Assembly (NCBI GenBank): GCA_950097015.1
Contig: CATNEN010000002.1
Span: 992,001 to 1,056,000 of the forward strand
Source: Macrostomum hystrix
Lineage: Eukaryota > Animalia > Platyhelminthes
Direction of reading: 5' to 3'
DNA: 64,000 bases
The notes beneath the pieces are model-generated. The model was given only the letters and a program-made list of their open reading frames with translations, made no database searches and was not told where the DNA came from. The position numbers were made by a program, and so were the translations under genes. Positions 25,720-37,500 of the stretch are shown piece by piece (position 1 is the first letter of the stretch; each line of letters opens with the position of its first letter).

Positions 25720-28700
25720 ACGGGGAGTCATCATCAAAATGGGGATCAAGGTAAACTGGGGGATAATCGTCAACTGGAGGATCTTGGTAAACTGGTGAAT
25801 CTTTGTCAACTGGGGGATCATTGTCAACTGTGGGATCATTGTCAACTGGGGGATCATTGTCAACTGGGGGATCATTGTCAACTGGGGGTTCATTGTCAAC
25901 TGGGGCATCATCATCAACTGGGGGATCATTGTCAACTGGGGAATCATCATCAACTGGGGATCATCATCAACTGGGGGATCATTGTCAACTGGGTGATCAT
26001 TGTCAAGTGGGGGATCATTGTCAACTGGGGGATCATTGTCAACTGGGGGATCATTGTCAACTGAGTGATCATTGTCAACTGGGGGATCATCGTCAACTGC
26101 GGGATCATTGTCAACTGGGGGATCATGGCCAACCGGCGGGATCATTGTCAACTGGGGGATCATTGTCAACTGGGGGATCATTGTCAACTGGGTGATCATC
26201 ATCAACCGGGGGATCATTGTCAACTGGGGGAACATTGTCAACTGGAGGAACATTGTTAACTGGGGATCATCATCAATGGGGAGACTTCATCAACTGGGGG
26301 ATCATTGTGAACTGGGGGATCTTTGTTAACTGGGGGATCATTGTCAACTGGGGGATCATTCTCAACTGAGGAACCATTGTCAACTGGGGATCATTTTCAA
26401 CTGGGGGATCATCATCAACTGGGGGATCATTGTCAACTAGGGGGTAATGTTCAACTGGGGGATAATTGTCAACTGGGGATTCATCATCAAATGGGGGATC
26501 ATGGTCAACTTGGGGATCATTGTCAACTGGGTGATCATCATCAACTGGGGGATAATCGTCAACTGGAGGATCTTGGTAAACTGGGGGATCTTTGTCAACT
26601 GGGGGATCATTGTCAACTGTGGGATCATTGTCAACTGGGGGATCATTGTCAACTGGGGGATCATTGTGAACTGGGGGATCATTGTCAACTGGGGGATCAT
26701 TGTCAACTGGGGGGTAATGGTCAACTAGGGGATAATTGTCAATTGGGGAATCATCATCAACTGGGGATCATCATCAACTGGGGGATCATTGTCAACTGGG
26801 TGATCATTGTCAAGTGGGGGATCATTGTCAACTGGGGGATCATTGTCAACTGGGGGATCATTGTCAACTGAGTGATCATTGTCAACTTGGGGATCATTGT
26901 CAACTGGGGGATCATTGTCAACTGGGGGGTAATGGTCAACTAGGGGATAATTGTCAATTGGGGAATCATCATCAACTGGGGATCATCATCAACTGGGGGA
27001 TCATTGTCAACTGGGTGATCATTGTCAAGTGGGGGATCATTGTCAACTGGGGGATCATTGTCAACTGGGGGATCATTGTCAACTGAGTGATCATTGTCAA
27101 CTGGGGGATCATCGTCAACTGCGGGATCATTGTCAACTGGGGGATCATGGCCAACCGGCGGGATCATTGTCAACTGGGGGATCATTGTCAACTGGGGGAT
27201 CATTGTCAACTGGGTGATCATCATCAACCGGGGGATCATTGTCAACTGGGGGAACATTGTCAACTGGAGGAACATTGTTAACTGGGGATCATCATCAATG
27301 GGGAGACTTCATCAACTGGGGGATCATTGTGAACTGGGGGATCTTTGTTAACTGGGGGATCATTGTCAACTGGGGGATCATTCTCAACTGAGGAACCATT
27401 GTCAACTGGGGATCATTTTCAACTGGGGGATCATCATCAACTGGGGGATCATTGTCAACTAGGGGGTAATGTTCAACTGGGGGATAATTGTCAACTGGGG
27501 ATTCATCATCAAATGGGGGATCATGGTCAACTTGGGGATCATTGTCAACTGGGTGATCATCATCAACTGGGGGATAATCGTCAACTGGAGGATCTTGGTA
27601 AACTGGGGGATCTTTGTCAACTGGGGGATCATTGTCAACTGTGGGATCATTGTCAACTGGGGGATCATTGTCAACTGGGGGATCATTGTGAACTGGGGGA
27701 TCATTGTCAACTGGGGGATCATTGTCAACTGGGGGGTAATGGTCAACTAGGGGATAATTGTCAATTGGGGAATCATCATCAACTGGGGATCATCATCAAC
27801 TGGGGGATCATTGTCAACTGGGTGATCATTGTCAAGTGGGGGATCATTGTCAACTGGGGGATCATTGTCAACTGGGGGATCATTGTCAACTGAGTGATCA
27901 TTGTCAACTTGGGGATCATTGTCAACTGGGGGATCATTGTCAACTGGGGGGTAATGGTCAACTAGGGGATAATTGTCAATTGGGGAATCATCATCAACTG
28001 GGGATCATCATCAACTGGGGGATCATTGTCAACTGGGTGATCATTGTCAAGTGGGGGATCATTGTCAACTGGGGGATCATTGTCAACTGGGGGATCATTG
28101 TCAACTGAGTGATCATTGTCAACTGGGGGATCATCGTCAACTGCGGGATCATTGTCAACTGGGGGATCATGGCCAACCGGCGGGATCATTGTCAACTGGG
28201 GGATCATTGTCAACTGGGGGATCATTGTCAACTGGGTGATCATCATCAACCGGGGGATCATTGTCAACTGGGGGAACATTGTCAACTGGAGGAACATTGT
28301 TAACTGGGGATCATCATCAATGGGGAGACTTCATCAACTGGGGGATCATTGTGAACTGGGGGATCTTTGTTAACTGGGGGATCATTGTCAACTGGGGGAT
28401 CATTCTCAACTGGGGGATCATTGTCAACTGGGGGATCATTTTCAACTGGGGGATCATCATCAACTGGGGGATCATTGTCAACTGGGGGATCATTGTCAAC
28501 TGGGGGATCATTGTCATCTGGGGGATCATTGTCAACTGGGGGGATCATTGTCAACTGGGTGATCATCATCAACTGGGGGATCATTGTCAACTGGGGGAAC
28601 ATTGTCAACTGGAGGAACATTGTTAACTGGGGATCATCATCAATGGGGAGACTTCATCAACTGGGGGATCATTGTGAACTGGGGGATCTTTGTTAACTTT

Positions 28701-29000
28701 GGGATCATTGTCAACTGGGGGATCATTCTCAACTGGGGGATCATTGTCAACTGGGGGATCATTTTCAACTGGGGGATCATCATCAACTGGGGGATCATTG
28801 TCAACTGGGGGATCATTGTCAACTGGGGGATCGTTGTCAACTGGGGGTTCATTGTCAACTGGGGGATCATCATCAACTGGGGGATCATTGTCAACTGGGG
28901 GATCATTGTCAACTGGGGGATCGTTGTCAACTGGGGGTTCATTGTCAACTGGGGGATCATTGTCAACTGGGGGATCATTGTCAACTGGGGGTTCATTGTA
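25720..29000. repeat. 18-bp satellite ACTGGGGGATCATTGTCA (~180 copies) with a 1022-bp higher-order repeat
   Basis: Variant patterns and identical ORFs recur at exact 1022-bp offsets (ORF starts 26253/27275/28297 and 26323/27345). Confidence 0.95.
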
Positions 29001-29848
29001 GCTTTAAAAAGCTGTAAATTCAGCTGCTAAAAAGTATATACTAGACGAATTAAAAGTATTTCTGCTCCCCGAAGGGGGGCAAAACTTGCTAGTATCATGA
29101 CTAATGTTCAGTTAAACAATGTTTTTTTCTGTTTATTTCTCCGTTGATCCTAAATACTACTGTATATTATCTGGTTATCGTAACTCGAGAGGAAGATTAT
29201 ACTCGTATTTGTTTGGCTAATATTATTGATTAGCTGCGTTTAAGATGAGTAACTCCATTCCTAATGTCTATGCGTAAGGTCCATTATTGTAATAAGTTGT
29301 AGTAATTGCAATAACTGTTACTAAATAAATTTGTATTAATAATTTCGTCTTAATTTAGTCATTCTAATAGTAAGTTCATAAATATTTTCGTGCCAGTAAA
29401 TTATGCTTCTGGTGGCAGCAACTACACCTTCGCGCTACTATGGGTTTATTGGCCAATTGAAGCTATTGATTTTTATGTTAGAGTTGGACGTCGCATAAAT
29501 AAAAAGCTTTAGCTTATTTAAAACTATCCTGAGGTGAAGTCTTTTCTCGGACTGCTCTAGATCTAGTGCCACGGCCATAGTTATTTGCTACGATATGTAG
29601 TTAGTTTCAAAAATTTAGCGCCAGTTAAAATTAAAGATTTAATATACACGCCTCTAAAACTTGCAGCATGGTGCAGTACGATGAACAATGATTCGTGCGA
29701 ACAGAAGTTACTGTAACGAACAATAAAATATGAAAAAGCTGGGTAACATAAAATAGCCTTATATTTGGTGTGTCTGAGATCGCAAAATGCACACAATTCC
29801 AAATGCCAATCGCTGCATAGATATATACATATATAGGTAATTAGATAA

Positions 29849-32800
29849 CTAGTCACCTAAGCACTCATTTTCCATCGGATCGTGGGCTCTGATTGACAGC
29901 TCTAAATCGTTGATAAGGCATAAAATCCTGTCAGCAGCGTCGCAGCCTTCATTGTTGTCGATTGAATCCTCGGCATCGTCGTTCAGTAGACGACAGCGCT
30001 CGTCCAGTCGCTCCTGAGCCGCTGTCAAACGCAGCCGAAGATCCTTCAATTCAGGATCATCGTCGGCTTCATCCAGATGTTTCAACGCGGCGGAAACAGC
30101 CGAGCGAATAGTCGGCAGGCCATCTAGCGGAAGTCTTTCAAAGAGACGGTCGTTGAAGCTGCCGACAAGGCCTGCTGAAGACGGAGATGGCGCTGCCGCA
30201 GCTGCAGCAGAGGCGGCAGTCAGATTCGCCAGACTGTTGAGAAGTTCGGCCGGCAGAGCTGCCTGGACAGAGTCGAGCAGGTCGCCAGCTAGTTGGGCAG
30301 CCGCGTGCGCCGTCTCGGGGGTCAGGGCGCCAACGGCAGCGTCGGCTATGGCGCGATCGCTGAGTTGGCATATGGCAGACAGCAGTCTGGCATCGCTGAG
30401 CAGGCTATGAGCGGGTTGAGCAGCTAACTCAGGTGCAGCGTGCCAATTTCGAAGCACAGCCTGGCCTAGAAGACAGTCGCGAAGGCATAGGAACAGCCGA
30501 GCATCAGCGCCGCCCACTGCGGCATTGGATGCGGCAGCGGTCAGGCTGGCCAAGGTGTCCGGGCTGAGCGGCTGTCTAGCCGAGAAATAGGCGAGCGCGG
30601 CGTCTCGTGTGGCCGGCTCTGATGACGCAGCCGCCGACAGGCAGAAGGCATCGGCCTACAATTGGCAGGTGATTGAGCCATCATCAACGGTGGTTTGATT
30701 TGAGCTTAATTCTAGATCCTAAAAAAATTCTGGGAAATATTAATTTGATATTTAAAGCACCAGATTTAAGTCTAATGGAGTCCCTCGCAGAGACAGGTGG
30801 GCGGTAGTGAAGCAGCACCTTGTGACGCCCTCGTCATGAGCCCCAGGGGCCATAGCTACCTCGCCGAGCACTGCTGCTTCCTCCAGGGATCGGCACTTTC
30901 TGTGAGTACGACGACGAAGACGCTAAGCATTTTCTGTCACTGCCTTTTCCGATTGACAAGTTTCACTTCCAGAAAATATTTAATGACCTATCACACCTGA
31001 GACTTGACACGTGGCAATTTTTTTGCGTTACAGGTCTGTGCACTTTCGTTGCCTTATAAAAATTGGAAATGGCGAACTCAGTTCTGAGTGGAAATCGTTT
31101 TCCTCGCAAAGATAATTGCCCCCAGTCACTTCTTTTCAAGGCGACAAGACAAGCTTCAGTAGGCTGGGGTTAAAAGCGATCGCCAGCAAACTGGCACATC
31201 GGGTGCAAGGAGTATACATTTCGAGCTTCGAGCTTTGCGAATTCGGGATCGAGTCGATGATGCGTCGCAGAGACTCACAAATCAGCTTTGGTAAGCAACC
31301 ACAAAGAAGCTCATATTTTGCACTTTTGAGCAAAGAACAGAACAGTAACGAACAAATAACGACATTTTGTCCAATAGATACCATCGAACTGCACGCCCTT
31401 AATCATGCTTATTCAAAATGGGTTTCAACTTTTACTTAATCAAGGCGTTACGAACAAAGCTACCGTGTGGAATACGTTCAACCAAGACCTGTTTGACCAG
31501 TGCTTCTATTAAACCGGTGTTCCGAATGCCGCAGACAATCCGATAAACATCAACTGCTGGAGAACTGTTGTGGGCAGGTACCTGGCTGTTTCAATGAACA
31601 TTACTGGAATCGTGGATGACGATCGCTACCCACACTTCTGCGAGATCGACGGTTAAAATGTACTTTATGAACATAAAATATACTACGCTATCTGCAATAA
31701 GTCTCTCACCACTGCATGTAATATCTATTTTAAAAAACTTGAAATTCGCCGCTAGAACACTTAATAATAAGCATTGAGCAATAGCTGAATAAACCGACCA
31801 TGTCAGCTGCTGTGTTCGGGACCAACTGGAACAAGCCGCGCCTAGCCAAATCGGCCAAAGCCAGAACCGATTTCCGACGATCCGATGCGCAGCTAGGAGA
31901 CTGAAGAAACTCCTCCAGATCATTCGGCACCCTGGCAGCTGGGCTGACGACAGTGAGAGTCAACCGAACGGCCAACTCGCTACCACCGGACCTGCTAAAC
32001 CTCGGCGATGCGGCGAAGTACAAGAGTCGCTTTAGCAGACTGATTCTGCCGACGCCACTTAGACTGGACGTCCAGTTGGTGACAGCTTCCGGTTGAACTG
32101 CTGCGGCCAAGAGGACGGCTTCTGACGGCCATCGATCAGGCTCGGATGATGAAGGCGCCTTTAACAGACCATCGGATAATTGAGGCTCGGCGTTGACAAG
32201 TCTCTGAACTTGGAGTCTCTGATTGGACACTGTCGAGTTGCTTTCCTTGGAAACGGGAAAACCGAACAGCATGTTGCAAGCAATCTCAGCAAGTATGTCC
32301 GGCGGTAGCCCGGTTGAAGCGGTTGGCGACTGTGGACTCCTGCGAGTCAAGTTTAGTGAAGGAATAAATGTACAATGGTCATTGTTCAACAGCCGCACAC
32401 CGACCCCTCATACCTCCGCACACCAACCCCTCATACCCCCGTACACCAACCCCTTCATACCCCCGCACACCAACCCCCTCATACCCCCGCACACCAACCC
32501 CTTCATACCCCGCACACAAAACCCCCTCATACCTCCGCACACCAACCCCCTCATACCCCCGCACACCAACCCCTTCATACCCCCGCACACCAACCCCCTC
32601 ATACTCCCGCACACCAACCCCCTCATACCCCGCACACGAACCCACTCATACCTCCGCACACAAACCCCCTCATACCCCCGCACACCAACCCCTTCATACC
32701 CCCGCACACCAACCCACTCATACTTCAAAACACATGCGAACCAACCCCACCTGCCCTCGCCGACCCTCTTTCTACGAGCTACTACCTGTACTTTTGCTCG

Positions 32801-33398
32801 CTCACCTGGACCAAACATGCGCCAAGGCCAGGCACAGAGCCGCTCTAACGTGCATGTTGCTAATGACACCCTTATCAGACAGAGCCCCAATCAACGCATC
32901 TGATAATATCGCCCAATCGCCAACATCGAAGCGGGCCGAAGAGGCGACCGACAATAGCAGGGCCAGTGTGTCTGCGCCAATTTTCGCTTGACATTGTCGA
33001 CCAGATCTAAGAGCGGCTGTCAGGGAGTTACTTAATAAACGCTTCGCCTCATCCGCAGCATCAATGGACACCTGCTGCTCCAGCAGGGCGACAACAACCG
33101 GTAGGTAGAGCGACAGAAGCTGTGCGTGTTCATCGGCACTGGATGAATCAGACCCAACCGCATCAGTGCTTGCTTTGCAGTAGCGGCGTAGAATGGACAG
33201 AAGTCTGTCCACGTCTGCGGAATACGAAGGACTCACAGCCAGTACAGGCGAACCGGTCCAGGCGGCCAGCTCAGCGGACAGCTGCAGAACCAGGCTGCTA
33301 TCCAGGTGCTCAGAGAAGGCGAATGTCAGACTGTCGAGTAGGCGACAGAGCTGATTGCCAACTTCGATGGCAGTCGACGTAGGAATTGTTGGAGAAGG
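29849..33398 (-). CDS. Multi-exon uncharacterised Leu/Ala-rich alpha-helical protein (5' end and middle exons unresolved)
   Basis: Exon 32806..33398 (acceptor TTGATTTCCAG, donor AG|GTGAGC, phase 2) joins in frame to an exon starting at 32339. The last exon, 29849..30655 (acceptor TTGTAG), contains the 234-aa ORF. Probable extra exons lie at 30800-31700. Family not recognised. Confidence 0.6.
32395..32725. repeat. Intronic 24-bp C-rich minisatellite CCAACCCCTTCATACCCCCGCACA
   Basis: Tandem copies; source of the (IPPHTNPL)n ORFs. Confidence 0.93.
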
Positions 33399-33499
33399 CT
33401 GGAAATCAAGTCGAGTTTAACGTACCGTCTAAGCTAAGGTCAACCTCTAGCACCATTGAAACTAAGCAGCGAATTGCTTCAACAATTTCACAGCGAACA

Positions 33500-33700
33500 A
33501 CAAGAGCGGTCTAGCGCGCCCGACTTCGACCAAGGTCCCTGAGCTCGATTCCGCGCTCAGCCACAGAGAGAAGGCTTGGGGACTTGTCGTTGAGGACCAA
33601 CCCACAAGACACAGTGAGAGTGTTACACTGCCTGATGTTGAGAAAGCCAAGGCAGATGTACGCCTGTGTGAGTATTGCCTACGTACAGTATCTGTGCGTG
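33500..33700 (+). mobile_element. Degenerate tRNA-headed SINE (family C)
   Basis: GAGCGGTCTAGCGCG...GGTCCCTGAGCTCGATTCC head. The body blocks GAGAAGGCTT and CACAGTGAGAGTGT(T)ACACTGCCTGA recur at 41480-42110, and the ACACTGCCTGA block again near 42800. Confidence 0.55.
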
Positions 33701-34595
33701 TGTGCTCTGGTAAATGGGCCAAAGTTGTAGTAGCATATTAAATATGATTAGTATTTTCTCAGTCCAGATTAAATAAAAATTTTAAACATTGGTACAGTTC
33801 TAAAATTATTTAAAGATAGTTTATACTTTAAAGCTAAAAGGATATGTCTTAAGTATATTTGTAGAAATTTCTAACAAAAGAACAACGATATCAAATAATG
33901 TGTAGCTATACACTTGAATATGAGTAATTATTTGGCAAATTATTACTTTAAAAACCTACAATGATCAATTGAATAACAAAACAAAAAAACTGTAACATAT
34001 TGCCAATAAAACTGCCAATAGAAAATATCAACCTAGGATGCTAACCGCTGTCATTGATTCTGTTTTGAGTCTCACGAAAAAAATTCATAGGCGCAAAAAT
34101 TATTACGTAATTCAAGCGATATAAAAATAAGAAAAATAATGTGCAGCTAAATAGTTCGTTGCATAAAACATTGGCTAAGAAATTGAAAGTTACAGAATTA
34201 GTTAAAATTAAATTTGTAAAAATTCACAGCATAAGTCTCGACTGGCATGACGCTTCGAATGTAGCATTTTTTAGCTGTAAAAACTAGCTAAGACAGCGAA
34301 GACAATGTGAAAGTAAAAACAGTGTAAAGTGTGTGCAGGTAGCCTTGGAAACGAGTGGACACAATAGCAGCTGCATTGCATAAAAAATTATGATTTCTAA
34401 ATTATTTAGGGCATTATTTCTCTGAGCAAATATTCTTATATGTCCTATTATTAATAGTTTTAAACTCTTTTTTTTCGTAGCAATCTAAGATTTTAATATA
34501 AAAAACGGTGCACAGATGGGCCACAGTATAAGCCATAAAATCACCCAAAAATATTCCGACTTCCTCAATCGTCAATTGGGAATGCAAAAATAAGT

Positions 34596-37500
34596 TTACG
34601 AGACACATGACCTAGATAAATAGTCATCATCCACAATGAAATTCGCGTTAGGCTTTTCTACAATAGTCAGCGGCTTCACAAGCGACTGATGATGGCAGGT
34701 GTAATGACCGGCGCTGCTGTTACTCTGACTGCAACTGCCTCCTGAGCTGCTCACATTTGAGCTACATTGGTTTAGCGGCGCCTGAAAAAATTACAAGTTA
34801 TTTATTTATTTTCATTTTAGCTGTGATTTTATTAGCTGTAGTCTGTGTCTACCTTACTTGAGGTACTAAAATCTGTTTTTCTGAGCCACAGTGTGTCTGG
34901 TTCTACTTTTAGCTACGAGTTGTCCATGTCCAAGTGTGACCTCAGTATCTATTTTTAGTTACAAGCGTCAACTTTGAGGCCACGTCAGTATCTATTTTTA
35001 GAAACAGCCTAAATGACGCACTTTTTTTCTCTAAATTAAAATAAAAAATATTCTCTAACCAAGACAGCGCAGTCGATGTCGTCGTCCGGCTCCTTATTGC
35101 CATAATTTTTTGCTGGGGGCAGTTTTTTAGTCCTTCGAAAATGAAGGTAAATACCAAGTACGATGAAAGCCAGTAAGATGGGCGCAATAAGAAAACTGAA
35201 ATATATTTTTCGTTCGGAATCCACAGATGAAGCTGGCTCAAGATGAAGAGAACACAAAACACCGTCACGAATAATCCTGCCAATTGTTGTCGACTCATGA
35301 CCAACTGACCTTGCACTGAGTTGCCTGCAATTTCTAAATTCTTCTAAACTTTTAGCAGTATTATTGCAGATAACTACGCGATGAAACTGTCTATCGTTGC
35401 CGTTCTCTTTGCAAGCTTTGCCAACTGGGCCAACTGTGATCACATCATGCGGATTGCTCAAACTGCTAGAGTTCTTTCCGACGGAAGTGGACGCTAGAAC
35501 AGCTAGACGAAGCGTCTGATTTGGCTCGATGATTAAATCTGAGATGTTGATTTTTATAAAATCAGCAGTTTGCAGATCGTATCGACTGCGAGGAACTAGC
35601 TGACTTTTATTGGTATCTAGGTTAACCAGTTCGTAGCTTTGAATGCGACCATTCCTGCAGCTCCTGCGAAAAAGAATTAATGAAAAATTTAAGGAGGCTC
35701 CAAACTTTTGGCGATAATAAACGCTGTAGCCTCACCGGTCAGAGGCGGGAAACACCAGAACATCCGGCGGCACCAGGAAGGCCTCGCCAGCTCTGGGATT
35801 GCACGGCAGCCACTCGGCTGACCGGCCAGCGACGCTGGAATTGTCGCTCCAATGGCCGGCGAAGAATTTCGGCCGGCAGCGCACCGTCACCGAGTAGCCG
35901 GTGTCCGGCTTGGCAGGCAGAGACAGACGGGTGGCGTTGGTTGCTAGGCAACGCCCGTCAGATAGCGATACCTGGTAGCTGTACTCCTGGTTGCCAGGTA
36001 TTTCAGTGGTTGGCAGCTTCCAGCTGATGTCTAGCAGGTGGGCTTCGAAGCTGACGGACAGTCGACGCACAGGGTTGGGCTTCTCTGAAATAGGTTAAAT
36101 ACATAGAACGTACTTTTGTACAATTTAGTAAACAACCAATTGGATTTTAGTATGTTGGATAAAAATATATTCTCGCAGTACATCACTTATGTTGTACACT
36201 GCGTTCAACATTTTGTGTGCCTGCTTTTATGACGTAAGTTTATTTTATTGGAAACTCACATGGGAATCTTTTAAATGTATATGACGTCAGTTGCTATTTT
36301 TAGAAACTTGAGTGGGAGTGTTTTTGTATATCTGACGTCAGTTTCTATTATTAGAAACTCGCATAGGGTCTCTTCTATGTCACAGCAGAACATAGGCGCA
36401 TTGCAATTCGATAACTTCTAGCTAGCTTAGTGCACCAGTTATTTGAAATACTATTTACTTTAAACTCTTAACAAAAAAGACGTGATTTAAAATAATCTGA
36501 TAAGGCAATAAACAAAGACATACCTTTGTCCCGAATATCGAACTCCACTGTGCTATCAGTACACCAGCCGATACGGTTGCAGACTCGCAGATGCAATAGG
36601 ACAATATCTGCGCCAGCTATAAACGATTGTTCAATTTTGCCCAGATTGCATTGGCCATAGGAGTCGCACTCACAGCTGCAGTCGGTTGCACGGCCGCGAG
36701 ACTGGCTTTAGAAAAAATTGGAACATGGAGCAGCTTATAATGGTGCTGCAATACAGAGAAGTACAGTGCCATTATAACTCGAAATAAAACAGCTAGATCA
36801 CCAAGAAAGGCTTGGGGGCTTGCGTTAATCGCTTGTTCACAGTCCCTGAAAGTAGAACTAAAAAGAACACCAACTACTAAGAAGGCTTAACAAATAATAA
36901 TGTAGCACCAATGCCATAAAAAGTGTGAAAGTAAAAAATAACTGGATAGATAACGACATATTCATATTGGTTTACAAGTTTCGACAACACAGAAGTCTAG
37001 AAGTAATAGGGTAGCTAAAGATTCACTGAATGAAGAGCTGCATACTTACAGACTGAATCAGGCTTACAAGACAAATCTAGGAAAAATGAAGGACAGGCTT
37101 GTTTAAGTTGGTCAACAAGTACATCAGGGACATTGAAGAAATATCTAGGACAGAAAATGTGCAATCGATAAAAATATTTATTTGCTGCAGTAGCAATGGT
37201 ACACATCCGTAGCAATGGTACACATCCGTAGCAATGGTACACATCCGTAGCAATGGTACACATCCGTAGCAATGGTACACATCCGTAGCAATGGTACATA
37301 TCCAAAAGCTACCTCAGTGGTGACACCGTTAGCTTCGACTGACAATTCGGACAAATTTCATCCAAGCGGACAATGTCAACATGATTGTCAAACGCAGCTG
37401 GAACTCTGTTGGGATATTTTATGACTATGATTTGATAATAAAATACTTGACATTATTGACTTTCTTGTTGCTAGTTTGTTACAGGGTTACAACTTTACAA

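Larger units (their letters stand above)
24337..29092 (+). mobile_element. Helitron-like element, copy 2, enclosing two satellite arrays
   Basis: 5' TCCACTATACTAAAAATG, then (GCTT)n and the block shared with copy 1. The 3' end is a GCTCCCC-GAA-GGGGGGC hairpin followed by AAAACTTGCTAG|T at 29092. That both ends belong to one element is inferred. Confidence 0.5.

Noticed and set aside
25663-29030. Many His/Cys-rich (LGDHCQ)n and related ORFs suggesting a metal-binding or antifreeze-like protein
   Set aside because: They arise from an 18-bp satellite, are open in several frames on both strands and are broken by frequent indels.
33462-33722. ORFs at 33462, 41424 and 41660 resembling duplicated exons (SSSGT, SGSV motifs)
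   Set aside because: The shared nucleotide blocks belong to a tRNA-headed SINE on the plus strand, so these are antisense translations.
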